Source of the DNA: a virus
Length of the DNA: 64,000 nt
IMG/VR virus record: IMGVR_UViG_3300042429_001107
Direction: 5' to 3' (one strand)
The position numbers were made by a program, and so were the translations under genes. How positions within the stretch are numbered: position 1 is the stretch's first letter; every line of letters starts with the position of its first letter. The notes beneath the pieces are model-generated. The model did not search any database. It worked only from the letters and a program-made list of their open reading frames with translations, and was not told where the DNA came from. Positions 8,822 through 17,909 of this stretch are shown here, piece by piece.

Positions 8822-10855
8822 ATGTCTGGAATAAAATATTTAGCCGATATCTACGAAAAAAAAGGAAAGGATTTTATAGAAAAACTTTTCAGCCAGGAAC
8901 TTAGTGTTACTGAGAATCTTGATGGATCATCTTTTTCTTTCGAAAAAGATTTTACTGGTGACAATATTTCTTTTTATAAAAAAGATCAGGAAAATCCTAT
9001 AACTAAAGTTGATAGGATATTAATGAGATACTACGATAAGCCTATAAATTATATAGATTCCCTTCCGGAGTCAGTAAAAGCTGAGATACCAAAAGGATGG
9101 AGATTTGGTATGGCTTATTTTCCTAATACAAAGCCAGTAAGAATTGAATATGAAAGACTTCCAAAAAATCATTTAATTCTAACACATATTCTTGTAAGGG
9201 ACGAATTTGGCGAAACCACAAGAACTATACAGGAGAAAGACGAACTAGATGAATGGGCAGATAAGCTCGGAGTAGAAAAAGCACCTATTATTTTCCAAGG
9301 AAAATTAAACGACGATCAGAAAATGTCTATTATGGATTTTTTATCAACTCCATTAATGGATTTAAAAACACGTTTCAAGACTGAAAGTTTTTCTAAGTAT
9401 CTAATATCTTTATTAAATCCAGAAATAATTAAGACCACTTTAGGTAAGGATTTACAAGGAGAGATAGACTCCTTGGTTTTTAGATTCGAGGAAGATGGTA
9501 AGGAAGATGTTGTTTTAGCTAAAATGGTTGATCCAGTTTTTTATGAAATAACAAGAGATAGAAAAGTTACAAGGTCTTCTTACTTCCCTAGCGACATTTA
9601 TTCTCTTTGTCTAATAGATATTATGAATTTCATATTAGAAAGAGGTGTAGAGAGCTTTAGCGCAGAAGGAACTGAGCCTGAGGAGAGGTATATTAATTTT
9701 GTATTCTCCGTTTTTAAAACTTTTTCGTACGAAGAGGGAGAAAGATATATTGGTGCAGACTTTGATAAACCTGAGTATCTTAAATCTGAAAACTTTGACA
9801 TTAATAAGGAACTAATAGTCGATAAAGATGTTGTTGAGTATTTAGATAAAGATGAAGTTTATTGTGATATCCTCCAAATGGTATTAAATTCATTTAGAAA
9901 ATTCAAAAGAAAACCTCATGGGTTTTTCACTGAGGGTCTAATAGAACAATTCAATCTTCTTGTTGAAGAGATAGCTGATTATATAAATGCTAAAAGAAAA
10001 GATAGGATAGAAGAATCTTTAGGAGTTCCCACATTTGTTTGGTTTAAAAAAACAGGAAGTAGATTTAAAATCACTGACGATGAATCTTTAGAAGATGAAA
10101 TAGATTTAGATTCTATTATAGAAAATACAGTATTTAATGAGTCTGATCTATTATCCGAATCATTAAATGATATCAATGAAAAAGATGACGAATCTATTGA
10201 AGAATTAAAAAAATCCGAAGATGACGCATCTGAGTTCTTTTCATTTAAAGATTTTAAAAAAGTGGTATCAACTCATAAAGAGAAAAAGAAAACAAAAATA
10301 TTAAATGAGGAAAACCAAAAAGTTAATTTAATAATTGGTAAATTCCAGCCATTTAATAACGGACACCTTAAAATGTGTACAAGACTTAAAAAAGAAAATG
10401 ACCTCCCCGTTTTTCTTTGTGTAGTTCATCCAGGAGGAGAAACTTCATCTAAAAAATACCCTTTTTCCGAAGAGGCTATTAAGAAGTCTATAGGATCTTT
10501 AACAGCAGAAAATGATAAATTATTTGCTGGTTATAAAATAGTTCCTACTGATCTTTTAGAAGATGCTATTAAATCTATTGCAGAGAATGTAAATCCTATA
10601 TCAGTTTGTATAGGAGAGAAAGACTTCGAGAATATGGTTTTACAAAGAGACTGGGTTAGAAATAAATACGATCTTAATGGAAATGATATTGAAATATTTA
10701 AAACTCCATATTGGTCTAATAATGAAGAGATAAGATCGTATATACAAAATACAGATTTCCAGAAATTCAAAAATAAAGTACCTAAATCTATTGCTGTTCT
10801 TTTTAATGAGTTTGTAAAGGAAATTCAAGAATCTTCTAATGAAGATAATATATAA
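8822..10855 (+). CDS. Ligase-fold domain (motif I Lys replaced by Asn) fused to a HIGH-type cytidylyltransferase-like domain
   Basis: VTENLDGS where a ligase has TEKxDG; C-terminal IGKFQPFNNGH; acidic linker between the domains. Confidence 0.6.
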   Translation: MSGIKYLADIYEKKGKDFIEKLFSQELSVTENLDGSSFSFEKDFTGDNISFYKKDQENPITKVDRILMRYYDKPINYIDSLPESVKAEIPKGWRFGMAYFPNTKPVRIEYERLPKNHLILTHILVRDEFGETTRTIQEKDELDEWADKLGVEKAPIIFQGKLNDDQKMSIMDFLSTPLMDLKTRFKTESFSKYLISLLNPEIIKTTLGKDLQGEIDSLVFRFEEDGKEDVVLAKMVDPVFYEITRDRKVTRSSYFPSDIYSLCLIDIMNFILERGVESFSAEGTEPEERYINFVFSVFKTFSYEEGERYIGADFDKPEYLKSENFDINKELIVDKDVVEYLDKDEVYCDILQMVLNSFRKFKRKPHGFFTEGLIEQFNLLVEEIADYINAKRKDRIEESLGVPTFVWFKKTGSRFKITDDESLEDEIDLDSIIENTVFNESDLLSESLNDINEKDDESIEELKKSEDDASEFFSFKDFKKVVSTHKEKKKTKILNEENQKVNLIIGKFQPFNNGHLKMCTRLKKENDLPVFLCVVHPGGETSSKKYPFSEEAIKKSIGSLTAENDKLFAGYKIVPTDLLEDAIKSIAENVNPISVCIGEKDFENMVLQRDWVRNKYDLNGNDIEIFKTPYWSNNEEIRSYIQNTDFQKFKNKVPKSIAVLFNEFVKEIQESSNEDNI

Positions 10856-10864
10856 TTAAAAAAA

Positions 10865-11701
10865 ATGAAGAAGATATTAAGCTTTAAAGATTTTTCACTA
10901 TACGAATATCAAAAATTTGACAACTCACTATACAATAAAATTAACGAAGCTACATTTACGGACGAGGTGGAGAAAAGAAAATATGATCCGGTAGCTTTCA
11001 AAAAAATGAGGGCTGCAGTTTTCTTTCTAAACGCACAATATCCTTTCTTTGGAGGTCTTTTGTCTAGATTAATCATTAGAGAAAATAGAGGTATAAAAAC
11101 AATGTGTACTGATGGAGTAAGTATTCACTACAGCCCAGGATTTGTACATGAACATACTGATGATGAAATAATGTGGGTAATAGCCCATGAGGTTTTACAT
11201 TGTGCTTTATTACATTTCCTAAGAATGCCAGGAAAGGATTCTAAAACAGTAAGTATATGGAATTATGCTACAGATTATGCTTTAAATCAGATGCTTACAC
11301 CAGTCGATGAATCAAATCCAGGTAATCCTAAGCCTAGCGAAAAGAGAGGAGACTCTATAGGTAAAATGCCAAAGGGAGCATTATATCCTGGATGTGGAAG
11401 AGTTTCTTACGATAAAGAATTTGTTGGATTATCTGCTGATAGCATTTATGGTATTTTAATTAAAAATGGATTTCAACCAGATCCGGAAGATTCGCAAGCT
11501 GTTAATCCTCCACCACCTCCACCACCACCAGCTCCTCCACAGATACCTGTAGTCGGAGATATTATATTCGACCCAGCTAGTGGTAACTACGGTGTGGTAA
11601 ATAGCGTAGATGAAGATAATGATTCAGTGGATTATGATCCTATACCAAAATCTAAGGTTCCTGAATATATTAGAAAAAAATACGAGCAAGACAATTTATA
11701 A
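10865..11701 (+). CDS. HExxH metallopeptidase-like protein (DUF2201 N-terminal-like), module 1
   Basis: PFFGGLL, TMCTDG, AHEVLH, WNYATDYALN; poly-Pro; leader MKKILSFKDF. Confidence 0.8.
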   Translation: MKKILSFKDFSLYEYQKFDNSLYNKINEATFTDEVEKRKYDPVAFKKMRAAVFFLNAQYPFFGGLLSRLIIRENRGIKTMCTDGVSIHYSPGFVHEHTDDEIMWVIAHEVLHCALLHFLRMPGKDSKTVSIWNYATDYALNQMLTPVDESNPGNPKPSEKRGDSIGKMPKGALYPGCGRVSYDKEFVGLSADSIYGILIKNGFQPDPEDSQAVNPPPPPPPPAPPQIPVVGDIIFDPASGNYGVVNSVDEDNDSVDYDPIPKSKVPEYIRKKYEQDNL

Positions 11702-11710
11702 AATCGTAAT

Positions 11711-12694
11711 ATGAAAACAACAATAACCGGAATAAGAATCCAAGAAATGGATCCACCTGCAGGAACGGGAGGAACAGGACCAACTCCGCCACCACCACCT
11801 ATTGGAGATCCTGAAAACGTTGATAAATGGAAAGAAGATGAGGATGAGAAAAAAAGGGATCAAGATGGAAAACCAGAAGAAGAAGATGATGAGGATACTT
11901 TCGAAAGAGGCTTAACTGGAGGTGGAGGAACTTCTAATGTTGGGGGAGTATTACCAACAGGATCTCTAGGAGATCTTGGTGGAGATTCTGGATTAAATGG
12001 TGAAACATTAGGAGAAGAATGGGAGACATCATTAAAAAGATCAGAAAATGCTGGAAACGTACCTGCTTCTGTTAAAAGAGCATTAGATAAATTAAAAAGA
12101 CCTGTTATTGATTGGAAATCTGAACTTGAGAAATATATTGATGATGCAGTATCAAAAACTAAATATAAATTACCTGCTAGAAGATTTATTGGAGGCGGTG
12201 ATGCTCAATACGGATATAAAAGATATAAAGAGGACTTTGAGAACTTAGTGATTGCTATAGACACATCAGGATCTATAACTAGACCTATGATTGAGCAATT
12301 TCTTTCAGAGACAATGAAAATTACAGAGGATTACGCTCCACAAAAAACAGTAATACTTTATTGTGATACCCAAGTTTATGCCCCAGATATTTTAGAACCA
12401 GGAGATACTCCAGATTTTAATAAGATTGCTGGAGGTGGGGGAACTAATTTTTGGCCTCCTTTTAAATGGGTGGAAAAAAACATACTTGACGTGGGTGAAA
12501 CCCCAACGGTATTTATATACTTCACTGATGGATTTGCAGAATTTCCTAAATCATCCGAATACGGAATAGATGGTTATGATGATAGATGTATTTGGGTATT
12601 CTTATCTTTTAATGGAGAGCCTTTTGGAAACGATCAACCTTTTGGTGAAAGAATAGATATCACACTGGCAAATAAAGAAGTGGAAACTATATAA
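11711..12694 (+). CDS. vWA-like domain protein (DUF2201 C-terminal-like), module 1
   Basis: IDWKSEL, MIDAS IDTSGS, GGGGTNF, YFTDG. Confidence 0.8.
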   Translation: MKTTITGIRIQEMDPPAGTGGTGPTPPPPPIGDPENVDKWKEDEDEKKRDQDGKPEEEDDEDTFERGLTGGGGTSNVGGVLPTGSLGDLGGDSGLNGETLGEEWETSLKRSENAGNVPASVKRALDKLKRPVIDWKSELEKYIDDAVSKTKYKLPARRFIGGGDAQYGYKRYKEDFENLVIAIDTSGSITRPMIEQFLSETMKITEDYAPQKTVILYCDTQVYAPDILEPGDTPDFNKIAGGGGTNFWPPFKWVEKNILDVGETPTVFIYFTDGFAEFPKSSEYGIDGYDDRCIWVFLSFNGEPFGNDQPFGERIDITLANKEVETI

Positions 12695-12732
12695 AAATAG
12701 ATATATAAGAAATAAAATAAGAAATATTAAGG

Positions 12733-14322
12733 ATGAAAAAAATCTATAACTTTAAAGAATTCGTAAATGAATCTTACAATGTAGACGAAGGGGTATTATC
12801 TAATATCGGTAGCAAGATTTCACAATGGGCTAAACAGCTTATGACCGCAGTAAGAAATGGCATTATTAGAATGATCTCATCTGGTCCTAAAAAGGGATTA
12901 CCTGCTTATGTGTTATTTAATTCAGATGAAGGATCTATCTCAGATCAAGTTGAAAAATTCTATCGCGGAACACCTTATTATGATATGAACAATATCAATA
13001 ATCCTTCCGTAGCAAACGAGGCAGTGATTCCTTTGGAATGGGATAGAGAGGATGATGTACCTAATTCACTTCCCGAAGAAATAGAATCAGATATTAGAAG
13101 AAGTCTTAAAGCTTGTTTATCCATTGCAGATCAAATGGATGCCACAACTGATATGGACGAAAAAGCAAGATTACAAAGGGAATTAAGAAAAGTTAAACCA
13201 TATTTTATTTATGGAGCACCTGGTATTGGTAAAACACAAATCATAGCTAAAATATGCGATGAGCTTGGGTTAAACCTATTGAATTGCGATGGATTAAGTG
13301 CAGAACCAGTAGACTTTGCTGGTGTACCTAAAGTGGTAGATATTGAAGCTCCATCAGCAGAAAATCCATTAGGTAGGGGGGTTACAAGATCTAACGTAAG
13401 TGCGGATATTTTACCATATGATAACGGAAAAGGTGGAAAAGGGGGTATCTTATTTATTGATGAATTCAACCGTATGCCTGTTGAAGTACAAAAGATATTC
13501 TTATTATTAGCTCAGCAAAGAAGACTTGGTGTTAATTATGACATGCCTAATAGATGGTATATCGTAGCAGCAGGAAATAGAAAAGTTGATGACCCTAAGG
13601 GTGGTATTGTTGAAATGGGATCTGCATTACAGGATAGATTTGAGATTGTCAATCTTATTACTAATCCAGCATCAATGAGAAAATATGTAGAGACTACTCC
13701 TGGATTATCTGATATATTCCTACCAGAACTTCTTGATTTCTTAGATTTTGATGCTAGTTGGTTCCACATGAATGATCCAACTGCTAAGAAATTAAAATAC
13801 CCTACTCCTAGAGCTTGGGAAGATGCTTCTAGAGCAGTTAGAAGGGTTCTTCAAGAGTATGAACAAAAAGGAATATCAGAAGTGCCTCATAGCGTATTAG
13901 CAAGAGAATTTCAGAAGAACGTAGGTAGAGATGCTGCTGTAATGTTCTTAGATTTCTATAAGATAGCTCAGCAGATCCCAGTTAAAGAATTATCGCTTCC
14001 TTTTACTGATCCTGATAGAGCTCCTATTCCTAGTGAATACCAAGGAAAAACTAAAAAATCAGGTACTACTAATAGAACTGATTATGAGCACGCTTTATTC
14101 ACTGCTGTAATTAGAAAAAGCACGGAATTACCAAAATTAACAAGCACTGAGTCTTGTAACTTTTCAAAATGGTTAAGAAGAGTTAATGCACCAGAGATGG
14201 GAGCAATGGCAATCACATCATTCTTCCAAAAACATCCTCATTTATTAGAAGATTATGCAACTATGGAATGTTTAGGACCATTAGCTGATCAATGGGGAGC
14301 AGAAATTGGAGTTCAATTTTAA
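12733..14322 (+). CDS. MoxR-type AAA+ ATPase, module 1
   Basis: GAPGIGKT, LFIDEFNR, VAAGNR, ALQDRF, PTPRAW. Confidence 0.85.
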   Translation: MKKIYNFKEFVNESYNVDEGVLSNIGSKISQWAKQLMTAVRNGIIRMISSGPKKGLPAYVLFNSDEGSISDQVEKFYRGTPYYDMNNINNPSVANEAVIPLEWDREDDVPNSLPEEIESDIRRSLKACLSIADQMDATTDMDEKARLQRELRKVKPYFIYGAPGIGKTQIIAKICDELGLNLLNCDGLSAEPVDFAGVPKVVDIEAPSAENPLGRGVTRSNVSADILPYDNGKGGKGGILFIDEFNRMPVEVQKIFLLLAQQRRLGVNYDMPNRWYIVAAGNRKVDDPKGGIVEMGSALQDRFEIVNLITNPASMRKYVETTPGLSDIFLPELLDFLDFDASWFHMNDPTAKKLKYPTPRAWEDASRAVRRVLQEYEQKGISEVPHSVLAREFQKNVGRDAAVMFLDFYKIAQQIPVKELSLPFTDPDRAPIPSEYQGKTKKSGTTNRTDYEHALFTAVIRKSTELPKLTSTESCNFSKWLRRVNAPEMGAMAITSFFQKHPHLLEDYATMECLGPLADQWGAEIGVQF

Positions 14323-14325
14323 TAG

Positions 14326-14598
14326 ATGAAAAAATTCAGTGAAATAATGGAAGGTCATACATCAAAGTATGACCTTTCTAATAGTAAGAGATTATTAGAA
14401 GAAGCCATGGAAAAAATAAACATGGTTAGAGAGGAGTTTTCTAAATTAGAAGATGCTGATGTGACTGAGTTAGAAGAGGGATGGAATCTAATAGATAGAT
14501 ACTACGGTAATTTAACCAAGGGACAAATATTCAAAAGAAGAAAGAAAGATCAATACATACCTAATACATCCGCTAAAATTCCGGAGAGAGGTTTTTAA
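14326..14598 (+). CDS. Small hypothetical protein with leader-like N-terminus
   Basis: MKKFSEIME; in operon after the AAA gene. Confidence 0.5.
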   Translation: MKKFSEIMEGHTSKYDLSNSKRLLEEAMEKINMVREEFSKLEDADVTELEEGWNLIDRYYGNLTKGQIFKRRKKDQYIPNTSAKIPERGF

Positions 14599-14614
14599 TT
14601 AAGATATATAGAAT

Positions 14615-15148
14615 ATGAAACACATTAAATTATTTGAAAATTTCTTAAATGAAGATGGATACGGAAGAGACTTCTTTGTAAAAAAGAAAGACGGTAAACT
14701 TTCTCAATATTTTTTTAAGATTGAGGGAGAAGAGGAGGATCTAGGATTTGTAATAAATCTTGGTAAACTATCTAGAAATATCACCATAGAATCTGCAGAG
14801 AATAGTTATGCTGTTCTTTCCGTAGAGCCTATCAGAGAATCTGTGATGGATGATTTTTTAGTGAAAGATTCGGATTTTAAATCAAGAGAAGATGATCAAT
14901 TCACATTGACTAAATCTGAATATATGAGATTCTATAAGATTGTTGGTGAATGTATAAAAGATTACTTACAATCTAATCCTAAGGTTTCTATTATTTATGA
15001 TGAGGTACCTTTAAATCTTGATATGGATTTTGAAGAGTATTCAGATAAAGTTAAATCTCTTATGGATGAATGGAGCTACGGTAAATGGAGCTCACAAGAG
15101 GGAGCAACAAAGAAAACATTAATTTATTCTAGAAGAGACCATGATTAA
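14615..15148 (+). CDS. Hypothetical protein with capsid-targeting-like leader
   Basis: MKHIKLFENFLNE; GATATATA at 14603. Confidence 0.6.
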   Translation: MKHIKLFENFLNEDGYGRDFFVKKKDGKLSQYFFKIEGEEEDLGFVINLGKLSRNITIESAENSYAVLSVEPIRESVMDDFLVKDSDFKSREDDQFTLTKSEYMRFYKIVGECIKDYLQSNPKVSIIYDEVPLNLDMDFEEYSDKVKSLMDEWSYGKWSSQEGATKKTLIYSRRDHD

Positions 15149-15458
15149 TAATATTCTTTCATATGATGAATTTATATTAGAATCTAGGATACCTATAGCT
15201 TGGGCTAAGCCTTCAGTAACAACTACTAAGGTACTTTCATTCATAGGAGAGAAAGAAAAAGTAACCAAGAAAGAACTATTAGAATTCTTAGATAGTATAC
15301 CAGAAGATGCTTCAGGTAAGAAACCCAGTATGTCTTGGGTTAGAAATCAGAAGAAATATATCAAGTATAAAATACAAGAAGAAGATGCTAACCACTTTGA
15401 ATTGACCGCTTTAGGCAAGAGAGTTTTAAAATCTTTCAGGATTAATGAAACAAAATGA
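15141..15458 (+). CDS. Hypothetical protein, possible winged-helix, with leader
   Basis: MINNILSYDEFILES; C-terminal FELTALGKRVL resembles a wHTH wing. Confidence 0.45.
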   Translation: MINNILSYDEFILESRIPIAWAKPSVTTTKVLSFIGEKEKVTKKELLEFLDSIPEDASGKKPSMSWVRNQKKYIKYKIQEEDANHFELTALGKRVLKSFRINETK

Positions 15459-15492
15459 AATAATTAGGATACAATTATTAAAATAAACAATT

Positions 15493-15672
15493 ATGGAAAA
15501 TTACGAAAAAATTAAAGAATTAGTAGAAAGCATGCAAAAAGACATGGAAGCTTTCTATGTAAAAGGTAACAAATCAGCAGGAACACGAGTTCGTACTGCT
15601 TGCCAAGACCTTAAAAAATTGGCTCAAGATCTAAGAGTAAATGTACAAGAAACTAAGAACACTAAAGCTTAA
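15493..15672 (+). CDS. Hc1-like histone H1-type DNA-binding protein (not in ORF track, 59 aa)
   Basis: Translates as MENYEKIKELVESMQKDMEAFYVKGNKSAGTRVRTACQDLKKLAQDLRVNVQETKNTKA; the KGNKxAGTRxR signature is typical of Hc1-like proteins in Bacteroidota. Confidence 0.8.
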   Translation: MENYEKIKELVESMQKDMEAFYVKGNKSAGTRVRTACQDLKKLAQDLRVNVQETKNTKA

Positions 15673-15677
15673 TTAAA

Positions 15678-15908
15678 ATGGGATACTACATTTGTAAAGT
15701 TAGCTTTTTTAGTGGGGAAGTTTCTAAAAGTACAGGAAAAGCGAAAGCTTCTAGGTCTGAAATTTTAGTCGAAGCAGAAACAGTAACACATGCCGAAACT
15801 AGACTTCATGAACATTTAGCTGGAGACAATTCTACTGCTCATTTAGACTTTGAAGTTACTTCTGTTGCTCAATCTAAGATTGAGTCAGTGGTACATCTTA
15901 AAGGCTAA
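15678..15908 (+). CDS. DUF4494-like protein
   Basis: YYICKV...ILVEAETVTHAETR...FEVTSVAQSKIESV matches the Bacteroidota DUF4494 pattern. Confidence 0.6.
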   Translation: MGYYICKVSFFSGEVSKSTGKAKASRSEILVEAETVTHAETRLHEHLAGDNSTAHLDFEVTSVAQSKIESVVHLKG

Positions 15909-15919
15909 AAAACACTTTT

Positions 15920-15956
15920 AACTCCTGATGGATATATAATCTATCAGGGGTTTTTT
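15920..15956 (+). terminator. Intrinsic terminator hairpin overlapping the GATATATA motif
   Basis: AACTCCTGATGGAT-ATATA-ATCTATCAGGGGTT followed by a T-run. Confidence 0.7.
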
Positions 15957-15980
15957 GTATCCTCTGGTTTCAATAATTAT

Positions 15981-16154
15981 ATGAAGAAGAGAAAAACTAC
16001 ATCAGCAGAAACTAGCTCATATCTACCACCAGATTCACCAGTGAAGATACCGGTAGGAGATACGGGTTTTAATATGGTTAAGAAAAACTACAATAGGTTT
16101 ATATGGACTTGGAATGAATATATAGACAAGAAACCTAAAATTACAAAAAGTTAA
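15981..16154 (+). CDS. Small hypothetical protein (not in ORF track, 57 aa)
   Basis: MKKRKTTSAETSSYLPPDSPVKIPVGDTGFNMVKKNYNRFIWTWNEYIDKKPKITKS; follows GATATATA at 15931 and abuts the next gene. Confidence 0.55.
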   Translation: MKKRKTTSAETSSYLPPDSPVKIPVGDTGFNMVKKNYNRFIWTWNEYIDKKPKITKS

Positions 16155-16156
16155 TT

Positions 16157-16495
16157 ATGCCAGCAGTTTCTAAGACACAGCAAAGATTAATGGGACAGGC
16201 TTACGGAGTCAGAAAATTTATGGATACTAACGGTAAAGATGGTATTGATCCCGATAGTATAAAATCTGCTTATAGACAAACTATTGTTGAGCTAGCAAGT
16301 AATATGAAGAAGAAATCTTTAAAGGATTTTGCTTCAACCAAACATAATAAATTACCAGAGGAAGTTGAAGAGGGAGAAATTCCTGCAATATATAATTATC
16401 TTAAACCTGAATCTAATAAACCAGGCAAAAAATCTAAATCTTCCAAGATGTCAAATCTTGCAGATTATAGAGAATTTATATCTAATAAAAAATAA
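16157..16495 (+). CDS. DUF3008-like protein
   Basis: MPAVSKTQQRLMG...MKKKSLKDFASTKHNKLP resembles DUF3008. Confidence 0.55.
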   Translation: MPAVSKTQQRLMGQAYGVRKFMDTNGKDGIDPDSIKSAYRQTIVELASNMKKKSLKDFASTKHNKLPEEVEEGEIPAIYNYLKPESNKPGKKSKSSKMSNLADYREFISNKK

Positions 16496-16498
16496 AAT

Positions 16499-16972
16499 AT
16501 GGAAGAAGTAAACGAAGATTGTGGATGTGGTGGTACAACTGACAACATCAGAAGTTTTAATACTAATAGTACACCTAGATACTCTCAAGATCCTTTAGTT
16601 GGTAGAAGAGTTAGTCTAAGAGACGGTAGAAGTGGATTAGTTGATGATTCGATTAGAAACAATACAGGAGAAGTAATAGGATATGTAATTGAAGGCGATA
16701 GAGGTAACTACAGAGTCTTTAAAGATAAAATAGTTGGTCCAATGGAAGAAAGTGGAGGTGCAATGGCATCTTTATCTAGTACACCAGGAATGGGAGATGT
16801 GATTCCCCCTGGACCAGGAAGAACAGGATCTGGTGATCAATTCCCTTCATTAACTGTGGGAACACCTGCAGCTGGAAAGAAAAAGAAAAAGAAAGATTCT
16901 AATAAGAATCCTCTTGATTCATCTGTGATGGATTATAAAAGCTTTCTTACTAATTCAAAAAAGAATCAATAA
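16499..16972 (+). CDS. Hypothetical protein with SH3/KOW-like domain
   Basis: VGRRVSLRDGRSGLV...GYVIEG...YRVFKDKI. Confidence 0.45.
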   Translation: MEEVNEDCGCGGTTDNIRSFNTNSTPRYSQDPLVGRRVSLRDGRSGLVDDSIRNNTGEVIGYVIEGDRGNYRVFKDKIVGPMEESGGAMASLSSTPGMGDVIPPGPGRTGSGDQFPSLTVGTPAAGKKKKKKDSNKNPLDSSVMDYKSFLTNSKKNQ

Positions 16973-16973
16973 G

Positions 16974-17555
16974 ATGAATCATATACGATCATTTAGAAGT
17001 CTTTTTGAAGGAGTAAGTGCAGTAACAACTAATTGGTATATTGTAGATAACGAAGCTTCTTTTGATAAGATAAAAGGTAATGGATATATGCTTTTTAGCC
17101 AGGTAGGCATAATGACTATCGTTTATGTTAAACCTAAAGTAGAGGAAGAAGCTAGATTGGATTTTTATTTTGATAAAGCAAAATCACCAGATAAGAAAAG
17201 CATTTGTGTTTGTAAGATAATAGCTAATGACGGTAAAGTTAGGAGCTCTAAAAATTTTGATGATGTAACTACAGATAATGTTTGGGACATAACAGCTACG
17301 TTTTTTGATTATTGTGATTTAGAGAAGTCTGAAAAATCAATTAGAGATAAATTCATGATGGGATATTCTAAGACAATAAAGGATATCTTTAAAGGTGATA
17401 CAGAAAGAATACCCGGATCATTTAAAACATATTTGAATTATATGAAAGAATGGGCAAAGAAATCTATAGAGGGTGTTTCTTTAGATAAGAATGAAGATAA
17501 TTACGATTTCCGAGAGATGATTAAAGAATTTATTGCTTTCTTTAAAAAATCATAA
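16974..17555 (+). CDS. Hypothetical protein with leader
   Basis: MNHIRSFRSLFE. Confidence 0.55.
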   Translation: MNHIRSFRSLFEGVSAVTTNWYIVDNEASFDKIKGNGYMLFSQVGIMTIVYVKPKVEEEARLDFYFDKAKSPDKKSICVCKIIANDGKVRSSKNFDDVTTDNVWDITATFFDYCDLEKSEKSIRDKFMMGYSKTIKDIFKGDTERIPGSFKTYLNYMKEWAKKSIEGVSLDKNEDNYDFREMIKEFIAFFKKS

Positions 17556-17855
17556 TTTTTCTTTCTGTCTCAATTGGATAAGATAATTTTCCCAGATTGA
17601 TCCTCCTTCTTTTATACCAGGTTTAGCGCTCTTGTGTAACTTAGCTCTTTGTGACATTATATACGATGCTATAATAGCATCTTTTAATTCTATTTCTTTT
17701 TTATCCAACATTTCTTGTAATCTTCTTATTGATTTTAGAGCTTCGTCCCTATTTGCAAATCTTAATCCTTTAGGATAGCTTTGTCCTGAGTCGAAAGGTT
17801 TAATATCATTTAGATAAATCTGTTCGAATAATTTGAAGGTTAGAATTTTTTTCAC
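17550..17855 (-). CDS. Hypothetical protein with leader
   Basis: MKKILTFKLFE (GTG start); AATATATA on the minus strand at 17860-17867. Confidence 0.55.
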   Translation of the reverse strand: MKKILTFKLFEQIYLNDIKPFDSGQSYPKGLRFANRDEALKSIRRLQEMLDKKEIELKDAIIASYIMSQRAKLHKSAKPGIKEGGSIWENYLIQLRQKEKL

Positions 17856-17909
17856 TTATTATATATTCTAAAATGAAACCTCTTTCAATTATTATTATAA
17901 GATAAGAGT

